64,000 nt of DNA from Thermoproteota archaeon. Lineage in GTDB: Archaea; Korarchaeota; Korarchaeia; Korarchaeales; Korarchaeaceae. Position 1 is the first letter of the stretch. Each line of letters opens with the position of its first letter. The notes under the pieces are model-generated. The model was not told where the DNA came from. It was given only the letters and a program-made list of their open reading frames with translations, and ran no database searches. Made by a program: the position numbers and the translations under genes. Positions 49,510 to 58,795 of the stretch are shown here, piece after piece. The stretch spans positions 800,001 through 864,000 of the forward strand of contig JALSOH010000004.1 of NCBI GenBank assembly GCA_026986575.1. Reading direction: 5' to 3'.

Positions 49510-50472
49510 TCACTTCCCCCTTGACCTTTGAACCGCTCTACTCCTAAGCCTTCCCACTTCGTCCTCCGGAATGTACCACCTGCCAGCCAGCTTGACCGCC
49601 CTCAAGTATCCCTTCCTGGCGAGCTGCCCCAGGTAGTCGACGCTCATCCCCAGCTCCTTAGCCGCTGCCGATAGGGGAACCATGCCCTCCAGCGATCCCA
49701 AGTAGAGGGTCAGGCTCTCGTCCACCGCCCTCGCCACGAGGTTAGCTATTGGTCTAGCTCTCCCCCTGTCAGCCTCCTCCAAAGCCATGTAGTAGGCCCT
49801 CCGCCTCTCCTTCCTTATGACGGCCAGTGGATAGCCCTGCCTCAGCAGGAGGAGGTTCATCAGGAGCCTGGCCACCCTCCCGTTCCCGTCGGTGAAGGGG
49901 TGGATGGCCGTGAGGTAGGCGTGGGCCACGGCAGCCAGCTCGATCGGGTGGAGCTGATCACCGGCGCCGTTCAACCAGTCAACGAACCTCCCCATCAATT
50001 TCGGAACTTCCGAAGAAGGGGGCGGTACGTGACCCGATCCCCCGATGAAGACCTGTTCCCTCCTGTACTCGCCCGGTCTCGCTTCCCATATCCCCATCAT
50101 CACGAGGTGGTGGAGCTTGAGCAGGTCGAACTCCTCCACCCTCTCAGCGCGAGCGAGATCCTCCACGTACCTCAGAGCTTGAAGGTGGTTCCTGGCCTCT
50201 AAATGATCCCTCAAGGGCTTTCCTGCTACAGTTATACCTTCCTCGAGCACGAGCCTCGTCTCCCTGAGTGTGAGAGTGTTCCCCTCTATGGCGTTGGTGT
50301 TGTAGACGTACTCTATCGTCAGGAGGTTCCTCAGCCTAGCTAGGGCTTCTCTGCTGAGCGGGCGCTCGGAGCTGAGCCTCTTGAATCCCTCCTCTATCCT
50401 CGCCATGAGCGCCGGGGCTATCAGCGGGGACCTAGCTTGTTCCAGCAGGAGGAATCTGTATCGACTAATCAT
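49510..50472 (-). CDS. Fic-domain protein (class II) with C-terminal HTH
   Basis: TNAIEGN inhibitory motif, HPFTDGNGRVAR, C-terminal LSAAAKELG....L..LAR.G.L.A.K....WYI. Confidence 0.9.
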   Translation of the reverse strand: MISRYRFLLLEQARSPLIAPALMARIEEGFKRLSSERPLSREALARLRNLLTIEYVYNTNAIEGNTLTLRETRLVLEEGITVAGKPLRDHLEARNHLQALRYVEDLARAERVEEFDLLKLHHLVMMGIWEARPGEYRREQVFIGGSGHVPPPSSEVPKLMGRFVDWLNGAGDQLHPIELAAVAHAYLTAIHPFTDGNGRVARLLMNLLLLRQGYPLAVIRKERRRAYYMALEEADRGRARPIANLVARAVDESLTLYLGSLEGMVPLSAAAKELGMSVDYLGQLARKGYLRAVKLAGRWYIPEDEVGRLRSRAVQRSRGK

Positions 50473-51149
50473 GTTTTTCCGTATTATCGATATAGGTAAC
50501 AATATATAAAGACTGATCGCCGACGCTCGATGGGTTGCGCGTCGGGTCACTCCTCATTTACCGATCATTACGCGCGGGTATTATCTCCGTATGATCTGCG
50601 CATCACATCCTCGTCCCATCAAATTTAATCCTCCATTATCAAGTCGGCTGAGGGTGTGTGGTCTTTGAAGGGGCCGTCCGACGCTTACCTAGATGAGATT
50701 CGCATGTACTTCAAGGATAACCCTTGGATTCCCATCCTGAGGACTAGATCTCATGATCCAAATTTGAGCGAGCGTGCGCCGGGAGAGGCAGATCTGCTGG
50801 GATGATCGCGCAACCGTTTCACGTAGCAACCCACGCGCGAAGGTGGACATCTACACCTAAGACGTCGACGGGGTTACGATTAGCGTTCTGGAGGAGGGGA
50901 GTTCGCTGGATCGAGGTGGGAAAGGTCAAAATCCGGGTTCCTCCCCGAGTCCCTAGAGTGAGACCTCGAGGATGTATCCGCGAGGAGATTACTCCAAGCT
51001 CAGTAACTGATCGCACGGCACTTATATATCTTCTTCAACCGGAAGAACGTTAGGCGCGCGACCAAGAGAGCGCGCAGACTCTTTAGCTGGATCAGGCTTG
51101 GTATAGTGGTGCCAAGGTACCCCAAGATACCTCTTCACATGTGCTCCTG

Positions 51150-51926
51150 CTAATACACGAAGACGTATCTCACTCCAACAGATCTCAACTCTTTAGTCAG
51201 CCGGGCTTTCAGTCTCCTATAGTAAGAATCTAGATCACTATCCCAGTCCTTTACCCCCAGCTTACGCATGGCAGTATCCAACTTGGGTCTCAACCCGGGC
51301 TTCATGTTCAACCTGTCGAAGTATGCGACATCAGCCTTCCCCCTCAAAGCTCTCACCAGCTCCAAAACCTCCTCAACGCTCGTACCCGGTAATATCGGTC
51401 CGATGAAGGCGAAAGTCCCTATTCCTCGCTCCTTCAACTCCTCTAGGGCCTGAATCCTCCCATCCACACTTGGGGCGCGGGGCTCCATGACCCTCCTCAC
51501 CTCCTCTCCGAGGGTCACGATGGTCATGCCCACCCTAACCTGACTGAACCTCCTCAAGACGTCGATGTCCCTCAGCACCAAGGGAGACTTAGTCTGAACT
51601 AGGACGGGCCAATCCCTCTCCACCAATATCTCTAGGAGGCGCCTAGTGAGCTCGTACTCCCTCTCAACGGGCTGGTAAGGATCGGTCATGGAGGATAGGT
51701 AGACGACACCCTCCCTTTTCCTCCTCACCTCCTTGGCTAGGAGCTCAGGAGCGTTCACCTTCACCTCAATGTAGCTACCCCAAGCTTCGGTGCGCCCCCA
51801 CCTCCTCGCGTAAAATTGGGCGTAGCAGTAAATGCAGGCGTGCTGACATCCCACGTATGGGTTTATGACGTAATCGCCTATGGAACTCCTGTTCAGGATG
51901 GACTTAGCCCTTACCTCCTTTATCAC
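51150..51926 (-). CDS. SplB-like (Rv2578c/PA0069-type) radical SAM protein
   Basis: INPYVGCQHACIYCYA, SSMTDPYQP.E, QTKS.LVLRD, EP.APS...R. Confidence 0.88.
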   Translation of the reverse strand: MIKEVRAKSILNRSSIGDYVINPYVGCQHACIYCYAQFYARRWGRTEAWGSYIEVKVNAPELLAKEVRRKREGVVYLSSMTDPYQPVEREYELTRRLLEILVERDWPVLVQTKSPLVLRDIDVLRRFSQVRVGMTIVTLGEEVRRVMEPRAPSVDGRIQALEELKERGIGTFAFIGPILPGTSVEEVLELVRALRGKADVAYFDRLNMKPGLRPKLDTAMRKLGVKDWDSDLDSYYRRLKARLTKELRSVGVRYVFVY

Positions 51927-52133
51927 AAGCCATTGTCCGCGAGTCCCTTAAGTGCGTATCGTCGCGGCCAGTTTTAATTAGATCAGATTCAGATTGATTA
52001 GTAGGGAGGTTAGGAGTAGGGGCCAAGAATTACAGGAGGGCACCAAGATACGAAATCATATTCCCATAGACGGGATCTCCCTTCGTCTCTGGATCCCACA
52101 GATTTTATAGCTCGATCCTCCTCGTTAAGACCG

Positions 52134-53315
52134 GTGAAGAAGCTAAAGTTACTGACCGAGGACTTCAAGGTCAGGAGACTTGATAAAGTAGAAGTACGCT
52201 CCTTGCTCGGTTACATACCCAGCGCGGGCACTCTGGTAGAGGGCTCCTCACCTCCCGAGATATTCGTAGGGAGGTATGGCTACCCCAAAGTGTACATAGG
52301 TCCTCTGATCCCTCCCGTTCGGGGCAGCACGGAGCACTGGGGGATGAGCGAGCTCTGGTTCGGGAAGGGCCTGAAGGAGATAGTGGCCATGAGAATCCAG
52401 CTCCTCAGGGGGAAGAGGAAGCTGAAAGTGACCCAGATAGACGATAGGTATGCGAGGGAGCTGCAGGAGTCCATGCTCTCTAGGGAGTCGGTGGACATGG
52501 AGGCTAGGCTCAGGCATCCCCCTAAAGGAGCGATTCTATCGGAGGTGCACCAGCCCTTCGGACCCTCTGCTCTCCTCGAGGAGCTGAGGGTGGAGCCAGG
52601 GAGGTCCGATTCCAGGATGGAGAGGGCCTACTACGACAGGGACGCCAGAGCAACGGAGGCCATGATCGAGCTCTACGAGAGAGGGGTTCCTGTATCAAAG
52701 ATCCAGCAGGGGCTCAGTGCTGGCCTCCTCGGCATCGGGAGGAACAGGAAGTTCGTCCCTACTAGGTGGTCCATAACCGCTGTGGACGACACCCTTTCCA
52801 AATACCTGCTGAGGGAGGTCAGGACATACACTGAGATAAACGAGTACAGGCTGTACTACGGCGAGTACCTCAAGAACAGGTGGTCCGTGATCATGTTTCC
52901 CGAGAGGTGGAGTTACGAGTCCATAGAGGTTTGGTTCCCCGGGACCCTCCTGGAGGAGGTTGCCCTAGCGGGAGATTACGAGCCCTTCGAGGGTAGGTGG
53001 AGCTATGCCAGCATGGGAGGCTGCTACTATGCTGGAAGGCTGGCCGTGGCTGAGAAGCTCAGGGAGGAGAGGAGGCAGGCTACCGTGCTGATTCTCAGGG
53101 AGGCCCATCCGGGATACCTTCCCGTGGGAGTGTGGAATGTTAGGGAGACGGTCAGACACGTGCTCAGGTCCGATCCGCTTAAGTGCGACGAGCTGAGAGA
53201 GTGCCTCCAGCACGTGGAGAAGAGGATGAGCACTCCCCTCGATGTCTGGGTGGAGAATTCCGTGATCCTGAGGAAGCACCTGATCAAAGCGTCGCTTCAG
53301 GAGTACTTTAAGTGA
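52134..53315 (+). CDS. nre: Nre-family archaeal DNA repair protein
   Basis: GSSPP.IFVGRYGYPKV, VPTRWSITAVD, GGCYYA.RL, PVGVWNVRE; C-terminal PIP-like KASLQEYF. Confidence 0.9.
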   Translation: MKKLKLLTEDFKVRRLDKVEVRSLLGYIPSAGTLVEGSSPPEIFVGRYGYPKVYIGPLIPPVRGSTEHWGMSELWFGKGLKEIVAMRIQLLRGKRKLKVTQIDDRYARELQESMLSRESVDMEARLRHPPKGAILSEVHQPFGPSALLEELRVEPGRSDSRMERAYYDRDARATEAMIELYERGVPVSKIQQGLSAGLLGIGRNRKFVPTRWSITAVDDTLSKYLLREVRTYTEINEYRLYYGEYLKNRWSVIMFPERWSYESIEVWFPGTLLEEVALAGDYEPFEGRWSYASMGGCYYAGRLAVAEKLREERRQATVLILREAHPGYLPVGVWNVRETVRHVLRSDPLKCDELRECLQHVEKRMSTPLDVWVENSVILRKHLIKASLQEYFK

Positions 53316-53392
53316 GATAACACATTTGGACGGGAGATCAGACCTTCATGGATGGGTTATAAGTGAGCAGCCAATCTCGGCCCTGGATCCAC

Positions 53393-53776
53393 ATGCTCAG
53401 GGTAGCGGTTGGCGTGGACGACGACGAGACCAAGTTAAGCCAAGAGCATTTCGGTGACGCCAAGTACTACCTGATATACGAGGTGGAGGAGGACGGGAGC
53501 TACCGGCTCGTGGAGAAGAGGGTGAACACGGTCAGGGAGATGGAGGAGAGGGAGCACGGGGACCCTAGGAAATTCAAAGCTGTGGTGGAGCTCCTGAGCG
53601 ATGTCGATGTCTTCTTAGCGGGGAGAACGGGGCCCAACTTCCTCAGGGTCAGGGAGTCGAGGCACTACCCCATCGTGGTCGGGAGGAGGACTGTGGAGGA
53701 AGCTCTCTCAATCTTGGTGTGCAGGCTGGATGAGGTCCTAGACGAGGTTAGGAGGAGGAAGGACCTCAGGCGGTGA
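53393..53776 (+). CDS. NifB/NifX-family (FeMo-cofactor-binding-like) small protein
   Basis: RVAV, HFGDAKYYLIYE, R.N, VDV......GP. Confidence 0.85.
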   Translation: MLRVAVGVDDDETKLSQEHFGDAKYYLIYEVEEDGSYRLVEKRVNTVREMEEREHGDPRKFKAVVELLSDVDVFLAGRTGPNFLRVRESRHYPIVVGRRTVEEALSILVCRLDEVLDEVRRRKDLRR

Positions 53777-53783
53777 ATCAATC

Positions 53784-53836
53784 TCATCATCATCGGTCAT
53801 CATTAATAATTACATGATGATTCAGCACATGATGAC
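53784..53836 (+). promoter_or_regulatory. TCATCAT/ATGATGA inverted-repeat array around a TATA box (vapBC operator)
   Basis: tcatcat..gtcatcat-taataattac-atgatga..atgatgac. Confidence 0.5.
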
Positions 53837-54065
53837 CTACACAACGATACCCGTGAAGAAGGAGGTAAAGAGGAAACTTGAGCTCCTTAAAGGAGACAGG
53901 GACTGGAGCGATTTTCTGAACGAGCTGGCTGAAGAAGTCAATAAAGTCAAAAGAGACAAAGCCTTCGAGAAGCTGAGGGAAGAGGTGCTCCCCTACTTGG
54001 ACGAGGTGGAGGAATCCCACAGGAGGTTCAGGAGGGAATTCTCACTTGATACTGATCGACACTGA
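53829..54065 (+). CDS. vapB: VapB-type antitoxin
   Basis: TTIPVKKEVKRKLE.LKG..DWSDFL; overlaps the PIN gene. Confidence 0.8.
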   Translation: MMTYTTIPVKKEVKRKLELLKGDRDWSDFLNELAEEVNKVKRDKAFEKLREEVLPYLDEVEESHRRFRREFSLDTDRH

Positions 54066-54426
54066 TGTCCTGACAAATTCCCTCAGGAATGGCAAAAGGG
54101 TCGGGGATGCGATCTCCGCGATCGCTCTCTTGGAGTTCATTAGGGGAACACCTAGCGAGAAGAGGGAGGAAGTGAAGAGACTGTTAGAAGAGACCTACGA
54201 AGTAATCTGGCTGGATAACTCCATCCTGCTTGAGTACAGCAGACTTTACGATGTGCTGAAGGAGGAGGGATCCTTAATAGGCGATGCGGATCTGCTCATA
54301 GCGGCGACGGCAATATCTAAGGGGATGGAGCTACTCACCGGCAACCTTAGGCACTTCGCGAGGCTTAGGAGGTACGGACTCCGTCTTAAGGGAATGGAGG
54401 CGAGGAGTGGCTCAGAGATCACTTAG
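54046..54426 (+). CDS. vapC: PIN-domain toxin
   Basis: ILIDTDVL, ISAI..LEF, DADLLIAATA, LLTGN.RHF. Confidence 0.9.
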   Translation: MILIDTDVLTNSLRNGKRVGDAISAIALLEFIRGTPSEKREEVKRLLEETYEVIWLDNSILLEYSRLYDVLKEEGSLIGDADLLIAATAISKGMELLTGNLRHFARLRRYGLRLKGMEARSGSEIT

Positions 54427-55094
54427 ATGTACCGACCTCCTCTCGAGGCCACCATGCCACCCAAGTTAAAGCAGGAGTGGATCAGCACGGCTGGCAGCAG
54501 GGAATCGGCGTAGACCCTGAAGAAGCCGGCCACGAGACCCGCGGTCAGCGCTGTCGTCAGGACCCACCTAAGGTAGCAAGGGGGGGCCTCCCTGTAGGGT
54601 ACATAGTGGATCGCTGCGAAAAGGACCGCGGGCAGTGATATCGCTATTACCAGCGAGGTCGGATTCCCGCCCAGGCTCAGCAGCAGGTAGCCCTCCAGCA
54701 GACCTCTAAAGAGCATCTCCTCACCGATCGGTGCTATAAGAAGGAGGAGAATTACTCTCTCTGCCATGCCCTTGGGAAGGTGTGGAGATTCGTAGTAGCA
54801 GCTTCTGTAGGCGAGGCTACTCATAAACAGTGATAGGGGAAGGGAGATTGAGGCGGCCAGACCCAGCTTGTAAGGCGGAGCTCCCGAGAGAATGGAATAA
54901 GTCCAAACACCACCGGTGAGGTGGATTAGCAGCAGGGAGATCAGTCCATAAAGGACTTGGGAGGCAATTGCCGGGTAAAAGGGCCTCTCAGGTGCGAGTC
55001 TCGCGATGTAGGTTGCTACGAGCGCCGAGATCGATATTACTAGCCCCCACATGCCGATGGCTGTGGCTAGGGCTGCGATCCACATGCACCCCAT
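54423..55094 (-). CDS. CPBP/Abi (CAAX protease-like) intramembrane metalloprotease
   Basis: EEMLFRG, FAAIH, SLLPAVLIH..FN. Confidence 0.88.
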   Translation of the reverse strand: MGCMWIAALATAIGMWGLVISISALVATYIARLAPERPFYPAIASQVLYGLISLLLIHLTGGVWTYSILSGAPPYKLGLAASISLPLSLFMSSLAYRSCYYESPHLPKGMAERVILLLLIAPIGEEMLFRGLLEGYLLLSLGGNPTSLVIAISLPAVLFAAIHYVPYREAPPCYLRWVLTTALTAGLVAGFFRVYADSLLPAVLIHSCFNLGGMVASRGGRYI

Positions 55095-55114
55095 CCTCCT
55101 GAATTTACTAAAAA

Positions 55115-56716
55115 ATGCGCACGGTACTCATCTCATCCCCGAGGGGAATCGAAGGAAGGAAGGTAGGAAAGGAATTAAGTTTCCGGGATAGGGAAATACG
55201 GGAGGTAGGAGTGGAGGTCAGGGACATTTTCTTAGGCGTCTCGGGACACATACCCGAGGAGTGGATAGTGGCCTCGGATATCGACACCCTCACCGCCCAC
55301 GATCCCAAGGCTCCCCTCGCCATAGTTTTCGCCTCAAAGCTGGACCCAGATTCCCTCTCAAGAAAGCTCCTGAACTTAGTCCAGAAAGTACTCGGAGCTC
55401 CTCTACTGAACGTTAGAGCGGTCAGAAGGGAATTTATAGAGGTAAAGGCCGATTTACCATCCTCTCAAGGACTTCAACTGCTCGGGCTGCCGCCAGGAAA
55501 GCTGATCTTGAGGATACGACCGGGTCAGCTGACTAGGGGGTGGATCGCCCACCAATCCCTCTTCACCACAGAGCTGGAGGAGATATCTTCGACATTCCAT
55601 CCCGCTGAAGTCGTGAGGGCCAAGCCCCTTAGGATCGTGGATCCGGTTAGGAGAAAGACCGCGTTCAACTCAATGGTGCCCGAATCGGCGAGAGTGGAAC
55701 ATGGCTTGCTGAACGAGTCCCCTTACTTGGACATTAGGGGGAGAGGGTACAGGGTCGTCCTATACCCGCCCCAGAACTTCGTGCACGGGGATAACTTCAT
55801 AGCTCAGGCCTATCTGGCGATGGGGTACAGACCACACCCCTACGTGGATGCCAAGAATTACGCGTCCTCAGTCCTCAGCTCGATGGGATACCGGGTTACT
55901 GGAGTGGAGAGAGCTCCCATACCTGGAATCATCTCTCACGAGGTCTATGCATCCTTGGGCAGGTCCCTTGCCTCGGACATGCCTCCTATGATCAGCTCTT
56001 CCATCGCATGGTTGGATGGAGGGGCGGCCTGGGCCGTGACGATAGGGGAGAACCTCATGGACGTCCAGCTCTGGAGGGCTTACCTATACCTAGCTCTCGG
56101 CGAGGATGCGCTGGATATCCTGCAGAGCACCGTGCTGCACACAAGCGCCGACGTCAGGTGGCTCAACACCCTCAGCAGAGAGAGCAACGCGATGTACAGA
56201 TCCATAAGATCATCAATAAGGTCTTTCAGACTACCCAAGATTGATCTGGGCTCGTACATCCCGCAGATCCAGGAGGATAGGGACGAGTGGTGGAACGGTG
56301 ACGACTGGACCGGGGGACCTGGGAACGAGGACTACTCTCCCGACTCGACCTGGCTCTCCGACGAGATCTCCACTGGAACGGGGATGGATACCTTCTATGT
56401 GGACGGTGACGGGAGTGTGAGGAACATGGATCTAGGCGAGGAGGTGTCGTTCCATGAGATAGACAGCGAGGGCATATTAAGGGACGAGGAGGGGAATGAG
56501 GTCGGCTATGTGGATGATGGTTACGTTTACGACAGTGAGGGGGACAGGATGGGCTGGCTGGACACATCTATAAGCGACGAGTGGCAGATGGAGAGGCTAG
56601 AGTCGGAGAGCTCCGATCCAGTCGACGTATTCGGTTACTACGACTGGGGGGCTCAGAGGAATGAGGAGTCTACAGAGACACCCTACTACTCCAAGCGAGA
56701 TGAGGAAGAAGAGTGA
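55115..56716 (+). CDS. Hypothetical protein with very acidic C-terminal region; true start may be GTG near 55211
   Basis: 533-codon ORF; tail rich in D/E/W/Y/G, with repeated G.l.D.eG..vGy motifs. Confidence 0.65.
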   Translation: MRTVLISSPRGIEGRKVGKELSFRDREIREVGVEVRDIFLGVSGHIPEEWIVASDIDTLTAHDPKAPLAIVFASKLDPDSLSRKLLNLVQKVLGAPLLNVRAVRREFIEVKADLPSSQGLQLLGLPPGKLILRIRPGQLTRGWIAHQSLFTTELEEISSTFHPAEVVRAKPLRIVDPVRRKTAFNSMVPESARVEHGLLNESPYLDIRGRGYRVVLYPPQNFVHGDNFIAQAYLAMGYRPHPYVDAKNYASSVLSSMGYRVTGVERAPIPGIISHEVYASLGRSLASDMPPMISSSIAWLDGGAAWAVTIGENLMDVQLWRAYLYLALGEDALDILQSTVLHTSADVRWLNTLSRESNAMYRSIRSSIRSFRLPKIDLGSYIPQIQEDRDEWWNGDDWTGGPGNEDYSPDSTWLSDEISTGTGMDTFYVDGDGSVRNMDLGEEVSFHEIDSEGILRDEEGNEVGYVDDGYVYDSEGDRMGWLDTSISDEWQMERLESESSDPVDVFGYYDWGAQRNEESTETPYYSKRDEEEE

Positions 56717-57042
56717 CCGGCTAGCCTAGTGGTCAGCTAGCCTCTCCCCTCTCAAACATCCGGGGGCGTTGCGGTTCAGCGGCGCCCCAGCAGCATGTCG
56801 AGCGTCGATATCACCGTAACCACCACACCGATCAGGAGCTGGAGAGACTATCCCCTCGCTTCCCTCCCGTCCTCCACGGGGGAATCACCATCAAAGGTAC
56901 GAGAAGGAGTTAAGTGACTAAGGGGATTTTTTCTCGTTCTAATAGGATCTGCCTGCGCGGATCGTCCCCGTCCTCCATAAAAACCTCCCTTGAACACCGC
57001 GAGTGGTTCTAGGGGAGCCAGCAGGGGTGCGAGGTACTGAGG

Positions 57043-58377
57043 TCAGACGGCCAGTCCCGATCTGACCTTCGATATCACATACATGAACTTACCTGACGCG
57101 GGCTTGGGCACGCTGTCCACTAGCTCCCACCTTATGATAACATCTCCCAAGACCTCCCTGATCTTCCCCTCGGGTACTGAGAGGGAGACCCTCGTCCCTC
57201 CCCTTGGAGCGATGAATATCCTGAGGGTGCTCAGATCCTCCTGAATAACTTGGAACTCCCTGACCCACTCCTCCACCCTGAAGACCCCCTCGAAGAACTC
57301 GCCCCCCAAAAGGGAGCCGTCCCTCCTCACCACGAACTCGGTGGCCCTGCCCTCAATACTACCCATCCTCGGTAGAAAGGAGCCACAAGAGCACCTCCCC
57401 TCAACCGCCCTAGCCATGTCGCCTATCTCGTACCTTATGAGAGGCATCACGTAGTTGTGTAGAGGAGTCACGACGACGTTCCCGAGCGCCCCATCCGGGG
57501 CCTTCCCGCCCGAGTCGTCGAGGATCTCTATCAAGTTGTTGAAAGAGAAAACGTGGAGGGATCCGTCACTGCACTCTCCAGCTATGGACGGGGCCTCTCT
57601 GGCCCCGTAGAAATTGTATACCCTACCGAATGCCTCCTCTATCATCTCCCTCTTCCATTTGTTTAGCGTTTCCCCGGTTGAGATCACCGCCTTCGGCCTG
57701 AACACCTCAATCCCCCTCCTGAGGGCGTACTCAGCCACGGCAGCTAGGAAGTGAGGAAGCCCCCTGAGGATGTCCGGTCTGTAATCCTCTAGCTTCCTCA
57801 GGACCCTCTCAATTAACCGTTGATCTATGAGGTAAGCGTTGAAGTAGACTGCTCCGTCAAGGAAGTGGGTCATCTTGGATAGAGGGGATATACCGCCGAG
57901 GAGTTCAGCAGCTGAGCCCCAAATGATCATTTTCCTGGCCTTCAGCAGATCTATCCCCAAGAACCAACTGTAATAGAAGACCTCCGTGGCCTTACTCCAG
58001 CGGTAGGATCTCACATCTCTGAAGAACCTTATGGGCCTTGCTGTCGATCCTCCAGTGGTCCCGGTTGATGCCCTCATCCTTTCCATGTCTGTGGAGGTCA
58101 GATCATCGAGATGTGCCTGGACGAAGGATCTTTTGAGGACAGGGATCTCGTCAAAATGGGTTAATGGGTCTTCGAAGTTCCTCAACAGCCGAGTGTAGTG
58201 CGGTACTTTCTTTTCAGCGTACTCTAAGAGGGATCTCAGGGACTCTCTAACGAAATCCTCTAATAGCATATCACCACGCATAATGGACTCTATCGTCCTG
58301 AGTTCCCGCCTGAAGTCCCGACCCGTCAGCCTCATCAGCGCCAATACGGCACTCTTCCTGAGGAAGCTCCCCAACAT
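57043..58377 (-). CDS. Phenylacetate-CoA ligase/CapK-like adenylate-forming enzyme
   Basis: TGGSTARP P-loop, STGETL, NFYGARE, MPLIRYEIGD, EGR, FQVIQ, SGK; TATA-like TTTTTA about 27 nt upstream. Confidence 0.88.
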   Translation of the reverse strand: MLGSFLRKSAVLALMRLTGRDFRRELRTIESIMRGDMLLEDFVRESLRSLLEYAEKKVPHYTRLLRNFEDPLTHFDEIPVLKRSFVQAHLDDLTSTDMERMRASTGTTGGSTARPIRFFRDVRSYRWSKATEVFYYSWFLGIDLLKARKMIIWGSAAELLGGISPLSKMTHFLDGAVYFNAYLIDQRLIERVLRKLEDYRPDILRGLPHFLAAVAEYALRRGIEVFRPKAVISTGETLNKWKREMIEEAFGRVYNFYGAREAPSIAGECSDGSLHVFSFNNLIEILDDSGGKAPDGALGNVVVTPLHNYVMPLIRYEIGDMARAVEGRCSCGSFLPRMGSIEGRATEFVVRRDGSLLGGEFFEGVFRVEEWVREFQVIQEDLSTLRIFIAPRGGTRVSLSVPEGKIREVLGDVIIRWELVDSVPKPASGKFMYVISKVRSGLAV

Positions 58378-58707
58378 TCTCCTAAAGCACCCGATGGACC
58401 CGTAAAAAGGATTGGTGATGTTGGGTGTTAGGCCAGCTAGTTGCCCCCACCAGCCCGACGGGAAATAGAACGTCATTTGTTGTGAAATGCAAGCAGGTTC
58501 CGGCTCCTAATGGCCCTCACAATGCCAACAGGCGACCGAGATCAGATCCGGTATTACAAGCTAAACGGACATAAAAAGAACTTATTCTTTAATCCAATTA
58601 TTCCTGGTAGATATCCACGCCTGATCTGAATCGTAGTTTTCAGAATGAATCTGCAGAGCCGTCAGCTTCATCATAGACGGAACCACTTAATGAGAAATTC
58701 TAGTTCG

Positions 58708-58782
58708 TCAATAGACGTATATTGGGAGGTGATTGGGACTGCCGCCCTCTACTCCAGTACCCCCTTTGCCAGAGCCTAGCAC
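58708..58782 (-). CDS. Candidate micro-ORF, 24 aa (MLGSGKGGTGVEGGSPNHLPIYVY)
   Basis: GTG start 7 nt after AGGGAG, directly following the regulator stop. Confidence 0.3.
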   Translation of the reverse strand: MLGSGKGGTGVEGGSPNHLPIYVY

Positions 58783-58795
58783 ATAAAAGCTCCCT

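Noticed and set aside
50650-51060. Gene remnant between fic and the radical SAM gene
   Set aside because: Coding-like fragments but no family recognisable; not called
53784-53836. ATGATGA as a C box of an sRNA
   Set aside because: Part of an inverted-repeat operator overlapping the vapB start; no D boxes
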